Assembly: GCA_973895155.1 (NCBI GenBank) | Contig: OZ316891.1 | Location: 186,001 to 250,000 of the forward strand | Direction: 5' to 3' | DNA: 64,000 nt | From: Marsupella aquatica | Taxonomy: Eukaryota; Plantae; Marchantiophyta | Shown here: in pieces, positions 1 to 11,752 of the stretch | Numbering within the stretch: the first letter of the stretch is position 1 | Layout: the number at the start of each line of letters is the position of its first letter | Notes under the pieces: model-generated | Database searches by the model: none | Told to the model about the DNA's origin: nothing | Seen by the model: only the letters and a program-made list of their open reading frames with translations | Translations under genes and position numbers: made by a program

Positions 1-2
1 AT

Positions 3-1724
3 GTCAATATCGCCGCGGTAAAACCAGTACGAAGGTTGCCTGCTCCCATGAGAATGAACGTATGGTGCACCCGATGCAGTCAGCAGGGCCATTACCCGAA
101 CGAGTGCCCCACATTACGAACCCCGGTGAATTATGTAGATGGTCAAGAAGAGGCTGAGGAGTATGAGTACGATCCCACGTATACCGTCCAAACAGCACCC
201 CCTGGACAGTATTTCCCACCACCTCCTGCTTCCAGACCGACTTGGGGACCACCTAAGCCCACTTTCAATAAACCAACGTCAAGACCACCCATGGGACCCC
301 CGGGAGGATACCCACCACGAGGAATGCCGCGTCAAAAAGGGGCTTGTTGGAATTGTGGCCAACCTGATCATTATTCACCCCAGTGCCCTTATCCCAAACA
401 GGAGGTGGGGTATACACCTGTCTGTGGGAACTGTGGAAAAGAAGGACACTTACCGGTGGAATGCCCGAATCTGGCTAAGCCTAGGCTGATGGTTCGATTT
501 GCTCAAGAGCCAGTTAAAGAAGCAAGTCGACCTGAAGCCAAGATTCGGATGGTTTATTCTGAAGAGATGGAGCAATGCAGCTTCATTCAACATATGGATG
601 TAAATCGGGTGGAATTAAAGCCAGATTCACTTTTTCATCAACCAGTATCCGGGGTGGTGCCTGATGTCTTGGTAAGTCATTTAGTGAAACCTGAAGTAGT
701 TGGTATGCCGAATGATCGAGTTCAGAATCGGGATAAAGTTCTGACTAATATTTACGCAACTACTCGTTCGAAGAAAAAGGAGACCAAGAAGCACGAGCAT
801 CAGAAGGTCGCGAAAGCTCCCAAGGATGAAGGGCGCAAGCCATGTAAGGAAGGCCTCGACAAAGAAGACGACCCTGCTTATGACCGATATGACCCAAAAT
901 ACTTCTTGCCCGACATCTCTTTGGAAGTGAAAGACCATCTGGAAGAGCTAGTTAAGGAGCAAGTGCAATCTCCTAACCCACCAGTAGTAGTCAAAGCTAA
1001 AGAGCCACTGAAAAATCCAGGTTATGATATTGTTGAAGATGTCAAGAATCATCCTGCACATATCACCATTGGGGAATTATTACAGGACAATCCGGTTTAT
1101 AGGCGACAGCTGAGGAGCCTCCTTGCAGGAAAACGGAGGAAGAAGAAGTTACCTTCGGTGGATGTGCTACGAACAGAGTGGGAGGACAAAGGACCGATGG
1201 AAATTGAGGTTCAAATCCAGGGGTGTGTCATTCGGAGAGTTCCTGTGGATGGAGGAGCCAGCGTTAATCTGATTACACAGTCAGCAGCATTTAATTTGGG
1301 TTTCACTAAGTTTGAGCCCACTCCCAAGATTTTGCGCATGGCGGATCAGTCTCGTGTGGTACCCATAGGGAAGCTGACCAGAGTAGAAACTTTGATTGCT
1401 GGTGTCCCTTTTCTGTTGGATTATGTGGTTATTAATCCGGAAATACCATCCAGCTTTCCTGTTTTGTTAGGCCGACCATGGTTGTATAAGGCTCAAGTTC
1501 AGGTTAATTGGCAATCTCAAGAGCTTTCATTTGGGAAGCCTAAGGTGACTGTTAGTTGGGTTCCGGAACCACATTTTGGAGAAACACAAACAGATGATGG
1601 GTACACCTCGGATTTTTCGACCTCTTCGCTAGTCCTGCAGCCATTGGAATTTGAACTGGAGGAAGTTCGTTACTTGGAAGTTTATCTGTCTGATGCTCCC
1701 ATAAAACCAACTAGGCCCTCCTGA
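3..1724 (+). CDS. Gag C-terminus (three CCHC knuckles) fused to aspartic protease; frame open to window edge
   Basis: CTRCSQQGHYPNEC, CWNCGQPDHYSPQC, CGNCGKEGHLPVEC; protease VDGGASVN...LLGRPWL. Confidence 0.9.
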   Translation, partial: VNIAAVKPVRRLPAPMRMNVWCTRCSQQGHYPNECPTLRTPVNYVDGQEEAEEYEYDPTYTVQTAPPGQYFPPPPASRPTWGPPKPTFNKPTSRPPMGPPGGYPPRGMPRQKGACWNCGQPDHYSPQCPYPKQEVGYTPVCGNCGKEGHLPVECPNLAKPRLMVRFAQEPVKEASRPEAKIRMVYSEEMEQCSFIQHMDVNRVELKPDSLFHQPVSGVVPDVLVSHLVKPEVVGMPNDRVQNRDKVLTNIYATTRSKKKETKKHEHQKVAKAPKDEGRKPCKEGLDKEDDPAYDRYDPKYFLPDISLEVKDHLEELVKEQVQSPNPPVVVKAKEPLKNPGYDIVEDVKNHPAHITIGELLQDNPVYRRQLRSLLAGKRRKKKLPSVDVLRTEWEDKGPMEIEVQIQGCVIRRVPVDGGASVNLITQSAAFNLGFTKFEPTPKILRMADQSRVVPIGKLTRVETLIAGVPFLLDYVVINPEIPSSFPVLLGRPWLYKAQVQVNWQSQELSFGKPKVTVSWVPEPHFGETQTDDGYTSDFSTSSLVLQPLEFELEEVRYLEVYLSDAPIKPTRPS

Positions 1725-2021
1725 CAATTAACTTCATCATCGGAAGTGGGCCCAGCAGCAGACGAACCTCCTAATACTGAGGCTAATAGGGATTTACACC
1801 ATGATATGGGAGTGTCAGCTACCCTTGAGCCATTTGCACCAGAAGTATCCAAACTTGGACTTCAGCCGGCAAACCTCACGGATGGAATTGTGGATCCAAA
1901 AGCTTGTCAGAAAATCGAAATTGAGCCAGGCAAGTTTTTGAATATTGGTAAGCATATCGAAGGAGAGCATTTTGCAGCAGCAGCAGATTTTGCCAATGAC
2001 ATCCCATCCGAGGATTCGTAG
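1725..2021 (+). CDS. In-frame extension after the Gag-PR stop (pre-RT linker homologue), possibly by readthrough
   Basis: Same frame as Gag-PR after a single TGA; KIEIEPGKFLNIGKHI resembles KLDLGEGRELNLGRNL that precedes RT in the pol at 26166-29432. Confidence 0.55.
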   Translation, partial: QLTSSSEVGPAADEPPNTEANRDLHHDMGVSATLEPFAPEVSKLGLQPANLTDGIVDPKACQKIEIEPGKFLNIGKHIEGEHFAAAADFANDIPSEDS

Positions 2022-2403
2022 TTTGATTCGCACATATGAACCTGGGAAGGCGGTTCCTCCCATTGATAAGGACAGACGACATAAGTTTTCGGAGTTCGAA
2101 ATTTGGTGTTGGGTGTATATGCTTCGACGAGCTCAAGCTCCATTTCCGCCCCTTGTGCCGGAAATTCCATGGCCCTATCCATACTATGTTTGGGTTTGTC
2201 CTGGTGGGTTTGCTATTCCAATTAAATATGAGAAGAAGCTTGTTAAGCTAAGGGAGCAGTTGATTACAAAACAATGTATGCTACCGGCTTCCCAAGGGTT
2301 CAAGTCGCTTAGGTGTTTAGCGTTCCTACCTATTATTCCTTCTTATCCGGATGTGATTATTCAAGGTGTTTTATCTAGGACACAGATTTGAAGGACACCA
2401 TTT

Positions 2404-2880
2404 ATGAGAGATATCAAACGGTGTTGTCATTTATATGTATATAAGCCGTTACTTTTGCAGCATCCTGCAATTGTTTCCTTCTTTCTCCTTCGAATTGATA
2501 TTTATCTGCTCATGTGGGACATCAAAGCTACTATGGATTGTTGGAATTCTTTACCCCGTGCTTTCCAACATTCCTTTGAAGGCAAGATCAAACTGGGAGG
2601 ACATGCTATTCAACACTTTGTTATTGATCCAGGCTCTCGAATTAATTTCCTCTCCCACAGACTGTGCCAGCAATTTGTTCATCAAGAAGTACAACCGATA
2701 TCTGCTCAGATATCAATCGATGGACGAATCATTAATCTTTGGGGAAGAGTTAAAGGAGTCCCAATACAGATCGGAGAAGAATTCCATGACCTCGATTTTT
2801 ATATTCTGGATTCGGATATCTCCCAACTCCCGTCAATGATTTTGAGCACTACTTGGATTATTAAGCCAGAATATTATTAA
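2404..2880 (+). CDS. Second retropepsin-like (aspartic protease fold) ORF
   Basis: FVIDPGSRINFLS...WGRVKGVPIQIG...LDFYIL...MILSTTWI follows the DxG / G-x-V-x-I / ILG pattern, with degenerate ILG. Confidence 0.6.
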   Translation: MRDIKRCCHLYVYKPLLLQHPAIVSFFLLRIDIYLLMWDIKATMDCWNSLPRAFQHSFEGKIKLGGHAIQHFVIDPGSRINFLSHRLCQQFVHQEVQPISAQISIDGRIINLWGRVKGVPIQIGEEFHDLDFYILDSDISQLPSMILSTTWIIKPEYY

Positions 2881-2957
2881 TGAAGAACATGTCACTCGCT
2901 TCTGATTCAATTCGGTCATGTCTTGTGGGGACACGGCGAAATTTAAGTGGAGGGCTA

Positions 2958-4344
2958 TGTGGTATGGGTGTCCCTGCAATTTTTTCTGGAAACTTGTTTA
3001 TTTTTAGCATATCACAAGATTTACTTACACTTTAGACACCTTCCGGCCAACATTTACTTGTTCTGGACACTTATAGAAATATTTGACATCTCCGGCTTTC
3101 CTGACGATTCCTAGTGTACTTTGCCCGACGCTGTGACCAGCGCCCGTTTCTTTTACTCAAGACGCTGCGGAAGCGTCCAACCTCCTCATGACGCTTTTGG
3201 CAGTGCCCGACCGCCACCAAGACTCTATGAGGATTTCGACCGACGCTGTGGAAAGCGTCAGCTTCAACACACGACGCTGTGAGCAGCGTCCACCCTAGTA
3301 TTGACGCTGTGAGCAGTGTGAGCAGCGTCCGTTGGTTTTACTTAAGACGCTTCTAGCAGCGTCCAGATTCTCCCGACGCTTCTAGCAGCGTCCGCTCAAC
3401 ACTTAGTTTTTGAAGTAGATTACTAGTAAAGTAGTATTCTACCACCCTTGTTGAAGTACTTATGCTGTGCTTCTCCCTTGTTTAGTTTTAAGCTTGGAAA
3501 GGCACGACTGTTCTTACCTCCTCCATTTTAGGATTCCAGCACTTATAAGACAGAGTAGAATGCTCATTTGAAGTAGAGAGAAATAGAGTTAATACTGTAT
3601 TCAGAATTGAGTCTTCTGAATAGTTTTCTCCTCCTTCCATTGTAACAAGGCATGCTGTGAGTGTTTTGTATGGAAGTAAAGCTATATTGATTGAAGTTAA
3701 GATTGAATTCAAGAGATTCCTGTGGTGATTGAATTCAGTTGCAGATTTCTGAAACTCGTATTGAATTCACTGCTAGGCTTGCTTGCAGAGTCGGGATTCG
3801 CTAGCCAATTCAAGAATAGTTAATGATAAATGAGAAGTAAATTCTGATTCTCAGAGTAGTTAGTACTGTTGCTTTGATTCTGGAATATGGTTTAGAGTTT
3901 GACTGAATTGCGTATCGCTGATGTCAAACCATGTTGACGGCATTTTAAATCATATCATTCATTTGCAATCAGAAAGCTTCTGCTTCATCAGATTGAGAAT
4001 TCCATTATCATTAACCTTTGTGTTTTGAAGAGTGAGATGGATGAATTATGAGATAGATTTCATGTCTATACTGAGCCCAAATCCTTTCTGAAGGAGTGGC
4101 AGTAGCTTGTAGTCTCTAAATCCTTACTCATTTCTTCTCTAATTCATAAATCAGAAGTTCAGTTACTTTGTTGTTTGTTTATTCGATTTTTTTATTGAGA
4201 AGTGAAGTCAACATAGAGCTCAAGACTCTAAATCACTCGGAGTGATAAAAGTTATACAATTCATTCTGAAATCTGTTCTTAAAGGGATCGAAACCCTGGT
4301 TTTAGGTGAGGAGAGTCACTTTTGATACTTAGCACTATACGACA
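2958..4344 (+). repeat. LTR, family C (about 1.39 kb)
   Basis: Starts TG directly after the PPT and ends TACGACA; shares ATGTTGACGGCATTTTA and TGTTCYTAAAGGGATCGAA with the TSD-flanked solo LTR at 50958-52643. Confidence 0.8.
3127..3392. repeat. Array of about 8 palindromes GACGCT-N5/6-AGCGTC in LTR C
   Basis: For example gacgctgtggaaagcgtc, gacgctgtgagcagcgtc, and gacgcttctagcagcgtc twice. Confidence 0.85.
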
Positions 4345-5549
4345 TTGACCATGGCTACCACGAATAAACTAACACCATCCGATTGGAATGCTTTTGCACT
4401 TCCAGTTAGACTTGCAGGAAGATTGATCAGAGATGCTACACCAGATCAAGAAATGAGAGACAATGTTAGTGTTTTCCGTGACACTAGCACCACACTTAGA
4501 GCTCACCCCAATTCTCCCTCATTTGGACTGATGAGAGTTAAACAAAAATTATGGGAGAGCTTAAGGCGGTCTCTATTCAAATTATAAAAAAGACACAGGT
4601 AGTCAAGATAAGGGATATCTGAGTGAGAATAGTCAACCAATTTGGAAGAAGAAACAAGGAGCCTCATCTGCACCTAAAAGATTCCTCCACCTGATTGAAT
4701 CTCAATGCCACTCCTTCACAGCCTAGTTTATTTCTTCCTACTCATTTGATCAACATGGCCCGGAATAATATTCGCTATGACACCTTCAAAGGGACATCTA
4801 AAGAGGATGCAGAGACCTACTTAAAGGAGTTTGAAGCTACTGCAATTTCAAATGGACATAGCCAAGACGCTGAGAAGGCAAGCATTTTTGGAGGACTTAT
4901 GAAGAAAGGAGCACAAAAGTGGCATCATCGATTTTTAGATAAAAATGACTGGACAAAGACAAAAGCTGCATTTTTAGAGAAATACAAAGAAGATGGGGCA
5001 GCAGCAAGAGCCTTCACAAAAATTTCTTATTTAAAAATGAACAAGTATGGATCTGTTCGGAAATATGCAGATAAGCTGGAAGAGTTAGTTGACAAATACA
5101 ACCCGGCTACATCAAAATCAACAGTCAGAGATTGGTTCATAAATGGACTGCCATCTAGAATTGCAAGATATGTGAGAAGAGAAGGTGGAACCACATATGG
5201 AGAAGCTTTAGCTGCAGCACAGAAATATGTTGATTCAGAAGTGTCTGGAAAGAAAAGATTGAAAAAAGAGCTCAAGAAATATATTAAGAAGAAAAAGAAA
5301 AAGAAACTCAATTCTGAATCAGAATCCATGTCAGACGAGGGGAGTGACAACAGCAGTGAAGAGAACACTAAAAGGACAACACCTAGTTCTTCAAATGATG
5401 AAACCAGCTCTAGCTCTGAATTTGAAAAAGCAAAAACCAAGAAAAAGAAGCAAGTACCAGATATTTCCACAATTTCACCAAAAGTTAAGCAAGTATACAA
5501 GTTGCTTGACAAATTGTCCAGTCAAGTATCAAACTTAATACACAATTGA
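4345..5549 (+). pseudogene. Truncated retrotransposon gag (capsid region plus K/S-rich linker), family D
   Basis: ATG 4755 MARNNIRYDTFKGTSKEDAETYLKEFE...WFINGLP is homologous to the gag at 29339-32332; it stops before the zinc knuckles. Confidence 0.8.
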
Positions 5550-5638
5550 AACCAATGTGCATTTCAAAGGCGATTTAGTTCTGGTGGAAGACTTCAGAAA
5601 GGCTTGTGAGGGCACGGCGCCGCTTGAGGAGAGGGCTA

Positions 5639-7481
5639 TGTAAGTAGTGGGTAATTCCAAAAGCATGAAGAAACTGAAATTTTTTAAATTTTTTACGGTG
5701 TTTAGACTGCAATTATTGCTAACTGTAACTAAAACAGCATTCAAAGTTACTAAGTTCCTAAGTTACGAGTAAACTCAGTTTACGAGTTTACTAGTTCACT
5801 TCTTTACGAGTTACACCTTAAGATTTGGCGACTCTGTGATCGTGACATCTTACAACTAGTTCAACGGGACTCCACAACGGATGAAGAGCTCACCTTGAAA
5901 GGGAAGGAATGCAAGACATAGGCGCTCATTACTGACTTCTCTTCCACCTTACCTCTCAAACTCTGCCCAGCTTCAACCGGTATTTCAGAGATGTCAAATG
6001 GAGACTTCGACCCTTCTATTCCAGGATGATGAATAGTGATGAGTTTCTGCATCACTATCCCCAAGTATATGCTGCCACCTGCAACAACTATGATGTACTA
6101 GGGATATACAGAGAAGCTCTTCGTATAGATTCCTGTTATTTGATGAAGCGAATGCCTTTGATGTATCCTGAGAGACAACTAAGGTGCCTACCCTACTCTA
6201 GAGGATCACCACGTCAGACTGAGCTGATGGAGGTAACACAGAATTGGACTGTCACCTACGTGGAGCTGCTCGAACCCGATGATATTCGACAACAAGCTTG
6301 AAGGAGACTATCTTTTTAGCTAGTATTGAAAAGTATAGTACTTTTACCAATTTTTCTAAATGTGTTGTAGAGCTTTAAAAGCTATGAGACTTCTTTAGGC
6401 TGTAGTCTGTACCTAGGAAACCCTGCTGGAAAAATTTCAGAGTTTTCCGAACCAGGAGTAGAAAGTTAAAAATAGTTGAATCTACTCAATTTTTAGTATA
6501 CCGAAATTAAGAGTTTAAGAGTTTAAGTTTTTACGTTTTTAAGAGTTTAAGTTTTTAAGAGTTTAAGAGTTCATACTTAGCCATTTTTTCCGGCTTTCCA
6601 CTTATTGAATCGTCGTTTTGACTTTTTGAGGGTTATGAAGAGGCATGTCTCTTCGACCCTGTGACCTCTTATTCTGTAGTTCATCACTATTTATACCTCT
6701 TCCCCTAGTGTAGAGAGATGGTTAAGTTCTGCATTTTTGCCTCCCTTTTGTTAAGTCTATTGATTCTGAACCTACGAGTTCTAAATCAGACTTAATAATT
6801 GGAGAGACTTACCTCCTTCTTGTATTTTGGAACCCAAATACTTGAAGTAAAACCTCAATTATGAATCTCGTGAATTATAATGTCAGATTCCGCTTTGGTG
6901 ACACATTGTAATCTCACAAGTTCTTAGAGTTAACTCATTGAGTTTAAGTTACATTGGAAATGATGTTTTCACCTTCATGTTGCTTAGTACCATCTAAATG
7001 CTGAAGTATTTATCCTTTTAGATCTTGACTAAGTATCACTTAGGAAGAAAGGTCAAGACATGTTGCCGGCATTTTAAAAGGATACTCTAGTATGCAGTTT
7101 AGATCTGAAAAGCCGTGTGGATTTGGATTCCCTTTAAAGTCATTCCATTATTACTTATGTCTAAGGAGTAACCTTGGTCTATTCCAGACTCCCTTAAGCA
7201 TACTCTGAGAGATTTTTCCTTGTGTTTTGTTAATTGCAATCTTTTGCTTAATTGAAGGTTATCTGATGTTGAGTTATCATCAAAAACTACTCACCGCTGT
7301 GGAGCGATCTTCAAAGTACCTGATTAAAGTAGTCAAGATTGATTACTATGTGTGACACAAGAGCTTAAAGCTTTGTTTTTAGTTTATTACATCAAACCAA
7401 CCCCATCTTGTTCTTAAAGGGAACGAATACCGAGTTTGGAGACTTTAAAATGTGATTTTTGGTTCTCTATGGCAAACTACA
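5639..7481 (+). repeat. LTR, family D (about 1.84 kb)
   Basis: Preceded by PPT GAGGAGAGGGCTA; TGTA...TACA ends; shares CATGTTGCCGGCATTTTA and TGTTCTTAAAGGGAACGAA motifs with LTR C. Confidence 0.65.
6509..6572. repeat. Degenerate short tandem repeat (AAGAGTTT/AAGTTTTT)n
   Basis: Seen directly. Confidence 0.7.
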
Positions 7482-9445
7482 AGCCCATTCAGAAATGTAC
7501 CCGATACAAAGAGTTCCGGGTGGTCCAGGTTGTGTCTGTCCGGATTTGGTCACGGGAAAACGTCAACTCGCGCGGGGGCTGGGGTAGTGACATCCAGCCC
7601 TGGAGATGTAGTGTTGGAAGGGGCTGGAGTGTCCTCCTCCATCATTGTCCGGTCCTCCGAAATAGCCACAGGTGGGTCTTCTGGACCCACGGGCTCGGGT
7701 AAGGCCTCCATGGTCCCAACTTTTGTACTTGGCCTGGCCTGGTTGATCGTATCTAAGGTTGCAATCACTGCCTCTGGTATCTCTTCGGCCACGGCTACAG
7801 CTACTTGCGGAGGTGGGGTGGGTGAAGCCTGCGTGGCCGCTGGACTTTGGGCCTCGGGTTGGGGCCGTCTTTCCAAGGCCAGGAAGACCCACCTAGCTGG
7901 GACCAACTTAGTTACATTGACCCGGGGAAGGGTTCGTCGATCAAACTAGGCGTACCACTCAAGAATGATCTCGATGTGGCTTGCGAAATATGCCTTCCCA
8001 CCGATGTATAGCGCCTTTCTTCGCCACTCCATCTCTTCATGGAATTTCTTAGCAAAGTATGACGCCCACTTCCTAGGTTGATAGTTCTCGGCCTGGATAA
8101 CCTGGGCCGCAGAGATCTCACCCCGGGGTTCCATCATGTGGAGGGCGTACCTCTGGAACTCCAGCCGCTCGGCTATCTTGGGGATGAGGCAGGTCCTCAT
8201 CACAAACCCCTTCTCCACTGATCCCTCGGAGGGAAAACTCGAGGATTGGTACTTGGCTCCCTTGCCCCCGGGAGCCCGTGATTCGACTCGATGATCGCCC
8301 TCTGGTAGCCCGAAGATCATCCTGAGCCGTTCCTCAGTGAGGGACATATTCCTCCCCCGCAGCCGAGTATGCTAACGGGCGTCGTCATAATTCTTGATGA
8401 ACTCCGTTATGTCCTCCCCGTAGTACCTGCAGGTGTTCCAGGGGAGAGAGGCGAGGTGCTCGAATCCTTGAGTTTTCAGGTACACCGCATGTTTGGGGTG
8501 GAGGATGTTCTTATGCACATTTTCCCCCATGCGGTGCATTGTCACCTTGGCCGCGGCTACCGTGGCCATGGGTAATCCAAATACAGCTACGGGTTCCTTT
8601 CTCTTCCTTCCCCGCGATTGGCTCGGGGAGGGTGACACCTCCCTATCCTCTCTATCGGGGATAGGTAGTGCCACCGCTGTTAGTATTAGGGCCGGGGTGG
8701 CTACGGTCACCATGTCTGCTGGAGCCGCTTCTCGGGTCCGGGCCTGGGGAGGGGGCAATGTAGTGCCGGCTCCTTGAGTGCTTGCTCCTCTGGGCCGCTT
8801 GAACAAGGGTGGGGTAGCCTCGTCGTTGTCGCTGAGGTCCATAGCGTTGACGACCGAGCGTACTTGTACTGGCGGGGCGACCGGTGGTGGGGATCGGCTA
8901 GGCTGAGGCTGAGACTAAAGCTGAGCCTGAGCCTGCGCCTGTGCACGTACGGGTATGGGGTCGACTGGGCCAGTACCGGTGGTTGATAGTCTGGTTCCCA
9001 TGAAGTTTTGCATTTGCCGGTGGAGGTTCTTTGAATCAAGTGTAGACGGTCTTGTCAACCGGGTAGCGCTGAACTCACTGTTGATGATACCCTGGACCCG
9101 AGCGGGGATGTGGTCAAAGTGGTGTTGCTGCAAGTCGATCGTGCCCGGGATAGTGAAGACCGAGTCCGGGAGCCGAAGCAATGCTTCCCAGAAACCGATA
9201 TATTTGCCTTCATCGAAGAAGTACCTTGATACCTCTTCGGGTTGGTAAAGCTCGCTCTAGGACGGGTACTCAAAGTTAAGGAGATAGTGGTGGTGGCCTG
9301 CTAGGCGGATGGCTTTCTCGTATTCGCGTTTGATCTTGTATCGGCGCGGGTTGGCGTGTTTCAATGAGTCGGTGAAGTGCCCTCCGATAGACAAGAACTG
9401 TGTCCAGAATTGTATGGCCGAACTGGAAAGGATCGTGTGCGACAT
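7482..9445 (-). pseudogene. LTR-encoded ORF of family B (frameshifted), with PMD/Transposase_32-like domain
   Basis: GFEHLASLPW...EFIKNY and LRMIFGLPEG...FQRYALHMMEPRGEISAAQV align to GLEAFVRLPW...EFVGSW and IAEVFGLPMG...FLRVTMHCNLPRAEIGKAQV of the 1208-aa LTR ORF. Confidence 0.75.
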
Positions 9446-9886
9446 TCAGAGGAGGTAGCAGGTTACTAAGGATAAGCAAGAGAGCTGGGGTCAAAGCTGG
9501 CGCGTGGACTGAAGAACTAGTGCACTGCAAAGGATCGACCCCCTTTTATACTCTGAGAGCTTGTTGATCGCCCGACGCCTCCTCGTTGCTTATAGGCCAA
9601 GCCTTTCACGCTCATAGTGTACCGGCCACTTTGCCAGTTCGGGTCAGCTTGTGTCAGTGGCCGCCTCCCGGAGTTTGTTATATGGACCCGAGGGAGGGGG
9701 GAAAGGGGGCCCATTACTCGCTCGTAACCCGGACGTGTGAATGGCGACCCGCCGCCAGCCCGAACATGAATTCCCCTTATTGACTAATGATTTCCTATTC
9801 ATAATGGCTACCTAAATACTGTCGTTATGCTAATAATAACGGCCTAAGATACCCCTAACACGCGTGCTAAGCACGGTTAGACCGAA

Positions 9887-11752
9887 TCACTCATTACCCT
9901 CCGTACCGGCGGCGTCACATAGCTCCCTGCTTAATTGTGAAGCGTCCTTGCGAACATCATTATCGGCGTCATTGTCTTGATGGTGGTACTTCTTCACACG
10001 ATCGTAACTGACTCGCGTGGGGAGTAAATCGCCGACGTACGTTGCAAGTTTGAAAGATCCGTTAGGGTAGATCTGATTGACTAGGAAACACCCTAACCAA
10101 TGGGTATGCAGCTTCCCCAAAAATTGCATGTACCTACTATCGTACAACAGGACTAGATTTCCCGTCACGACGTTGATCTTCCGTAGTCTTTTGTCGTGCT
10201 GCTTCTTGGAAGCTGCCTGCTGCTTTACGGTGCATCGAGCTGCCAGTAGCCGTGCTTCTTCTAATGCTTCAATCTGATAAGCTATGTCCGAAAAACTTTT
10301 AGCTTTGAGTAAGCGATCCCGAATGCTTACCCATGGAGTGTGTATTTTGAACTCAACGGGCACCAACGAATGTTGGTCGAACATGAGAAAGTATGGGCTA
10401 TGACTCGTAGTAGTCTTGTAAGCTAGATTATACGAGTACACCGCCGCGTACAACTTATTATCCCAATCCGTTTTGTGCACGGCTATTGTCTTGTTGAGGA
10501 TCTTCCCAATGATACCGTTGGCTCTCTCTGTCAGCCTGTTGGCTTTAGGATGATACGGGGTAGTTTTGCGGTGTTTGACTAGGTAGCGCTCTGTAAGCCA
10601 TGCTACAGTGTCATTGAGGAAGTATGTTCCACGGTCGCTTACTAATTCCAAAGGAGGCCCAAACCGGGTGAAAATCTGTTCATATAAGAACCTGGCGCTG
10701 GTTGCAGCGTCGTCCTTCACTGTAGCCCGTGCTTCGACCCATTTAGTGGAGTAGTCGATGGCTAGCAGGATATACCGGCATCTGCATCTTTGGGTAACCG
10801 GAGTGAAAGGCCCAATATAATCAATGCCCCACTTCTTGAATGGTGCTAGCGGGAGCACAGAAGTGAGGGGTGGTTATGGGTTCTCCTCGGGGCACCAGCC
10901 CGTTGGCACAAATCGCATCCCTTGATAAAGCGTTGTACATCTCGATGCAACGTAGGCCACCAATACCCCGAATCCAGAATCTTTCAAGCTGTCGTGATAG
11001 CCGTGAAATGGCCTCCAGCTTCTTCTTCATGCAAGGCCCGCATAATGATGAGCGTCTCCTTGTACTCTAAGCAGCGTCGTAGCTTCCCATTAACTCCTTC
11101 CTTGTGTAGGTGACCCTGTGTCATAACGTATGGCCCGGCCTTCTGTAAAAACACAGAGGCGGCCTCCTGATTGATACCGTCGGGGATGTGGCCTGTTAAG
11201 AGGAAGGTGATTATTGATCCGTACCACGTAGGCGTTCCCGCCCCTATGTGGAATAACTCCTCATCCGGAAAAGTATCATTAATAGGCTGGTCGACAGGTA
11301 CACCGCCTAGTCTCGAAAAGAAGTCGGCGTTGAGGTGTGCTTTTCCTGGCCGAACCCAAACCTCGTAGTTGAATTCCTGGAGGAGTGGCACCCATCGGGC
11401 TATCCGTCCCGTGACATCTGCTTTGTTGACCATGTACTTCAAGCTATCATGGTTCGTGTGGAATATGACCTTATATCCAAGCAAATAGTGTCGGAATTTC
11501 TTACAGGATGCCTAGAGCTTCTCGATCAATGGGACAATAATTTTTTTCGGCTATGAATAGCTGACGGCTAGCAAAGTAGATGGGTGGTCACATCCGTCCT
11601 TATCAAGTTGACTGAGCACGGACCCGATACAGAACCCGGACACGTCAACATACACATGGAATTCCTTATTCCAGTCCGGGGTGACCATGATAGGTGCGGT
11701 GGTGAGTCATTTACGGAGTTCTTCGAAAGCAATCCGTCTCCAAGGTAGGCTA
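9887..11752 (-). pseudogene. pol remnant: RNase H plus integrase (frameshifted)
   Basis: APIMVTPDWNKEFHVYVDVSG; GHF...CxxC; WGIDYIGP...SDRGTYF...TERAN; homologous to 26166-29432. Confidence 0.9.

Larger units (their letters stand above)
1..4344 (+). mobile_element. Ty3/gypsy-type LTR retroelement (family C), 5' part outside window, RT/RH/INT absent (non-autonomous)
   Basis: Gag zinc knuckles and protease ORF, then purine tract AAGTGGAGGGCTA (2945-2957) and an LTR TGTGG...TACGACA whose ends are supported by the related solo LTR at 50958-52643. Confidence 0.8.

Noticed and set aside
1610-1616. G GAT TTT slippery heptamer in family C gag
   Set aside because: The -1 frame hits a stop within about 15 codons
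5825-5840. TGGCGACTC PBS-like word
   Set aside because: It lies inside LTR D, with no LTR end or gag next to it
6026-6301. 91-aa ORF inside LTR D as another LTR-encoded gene
   Set aside because: Short, single copy, and no motif or homologue in the window
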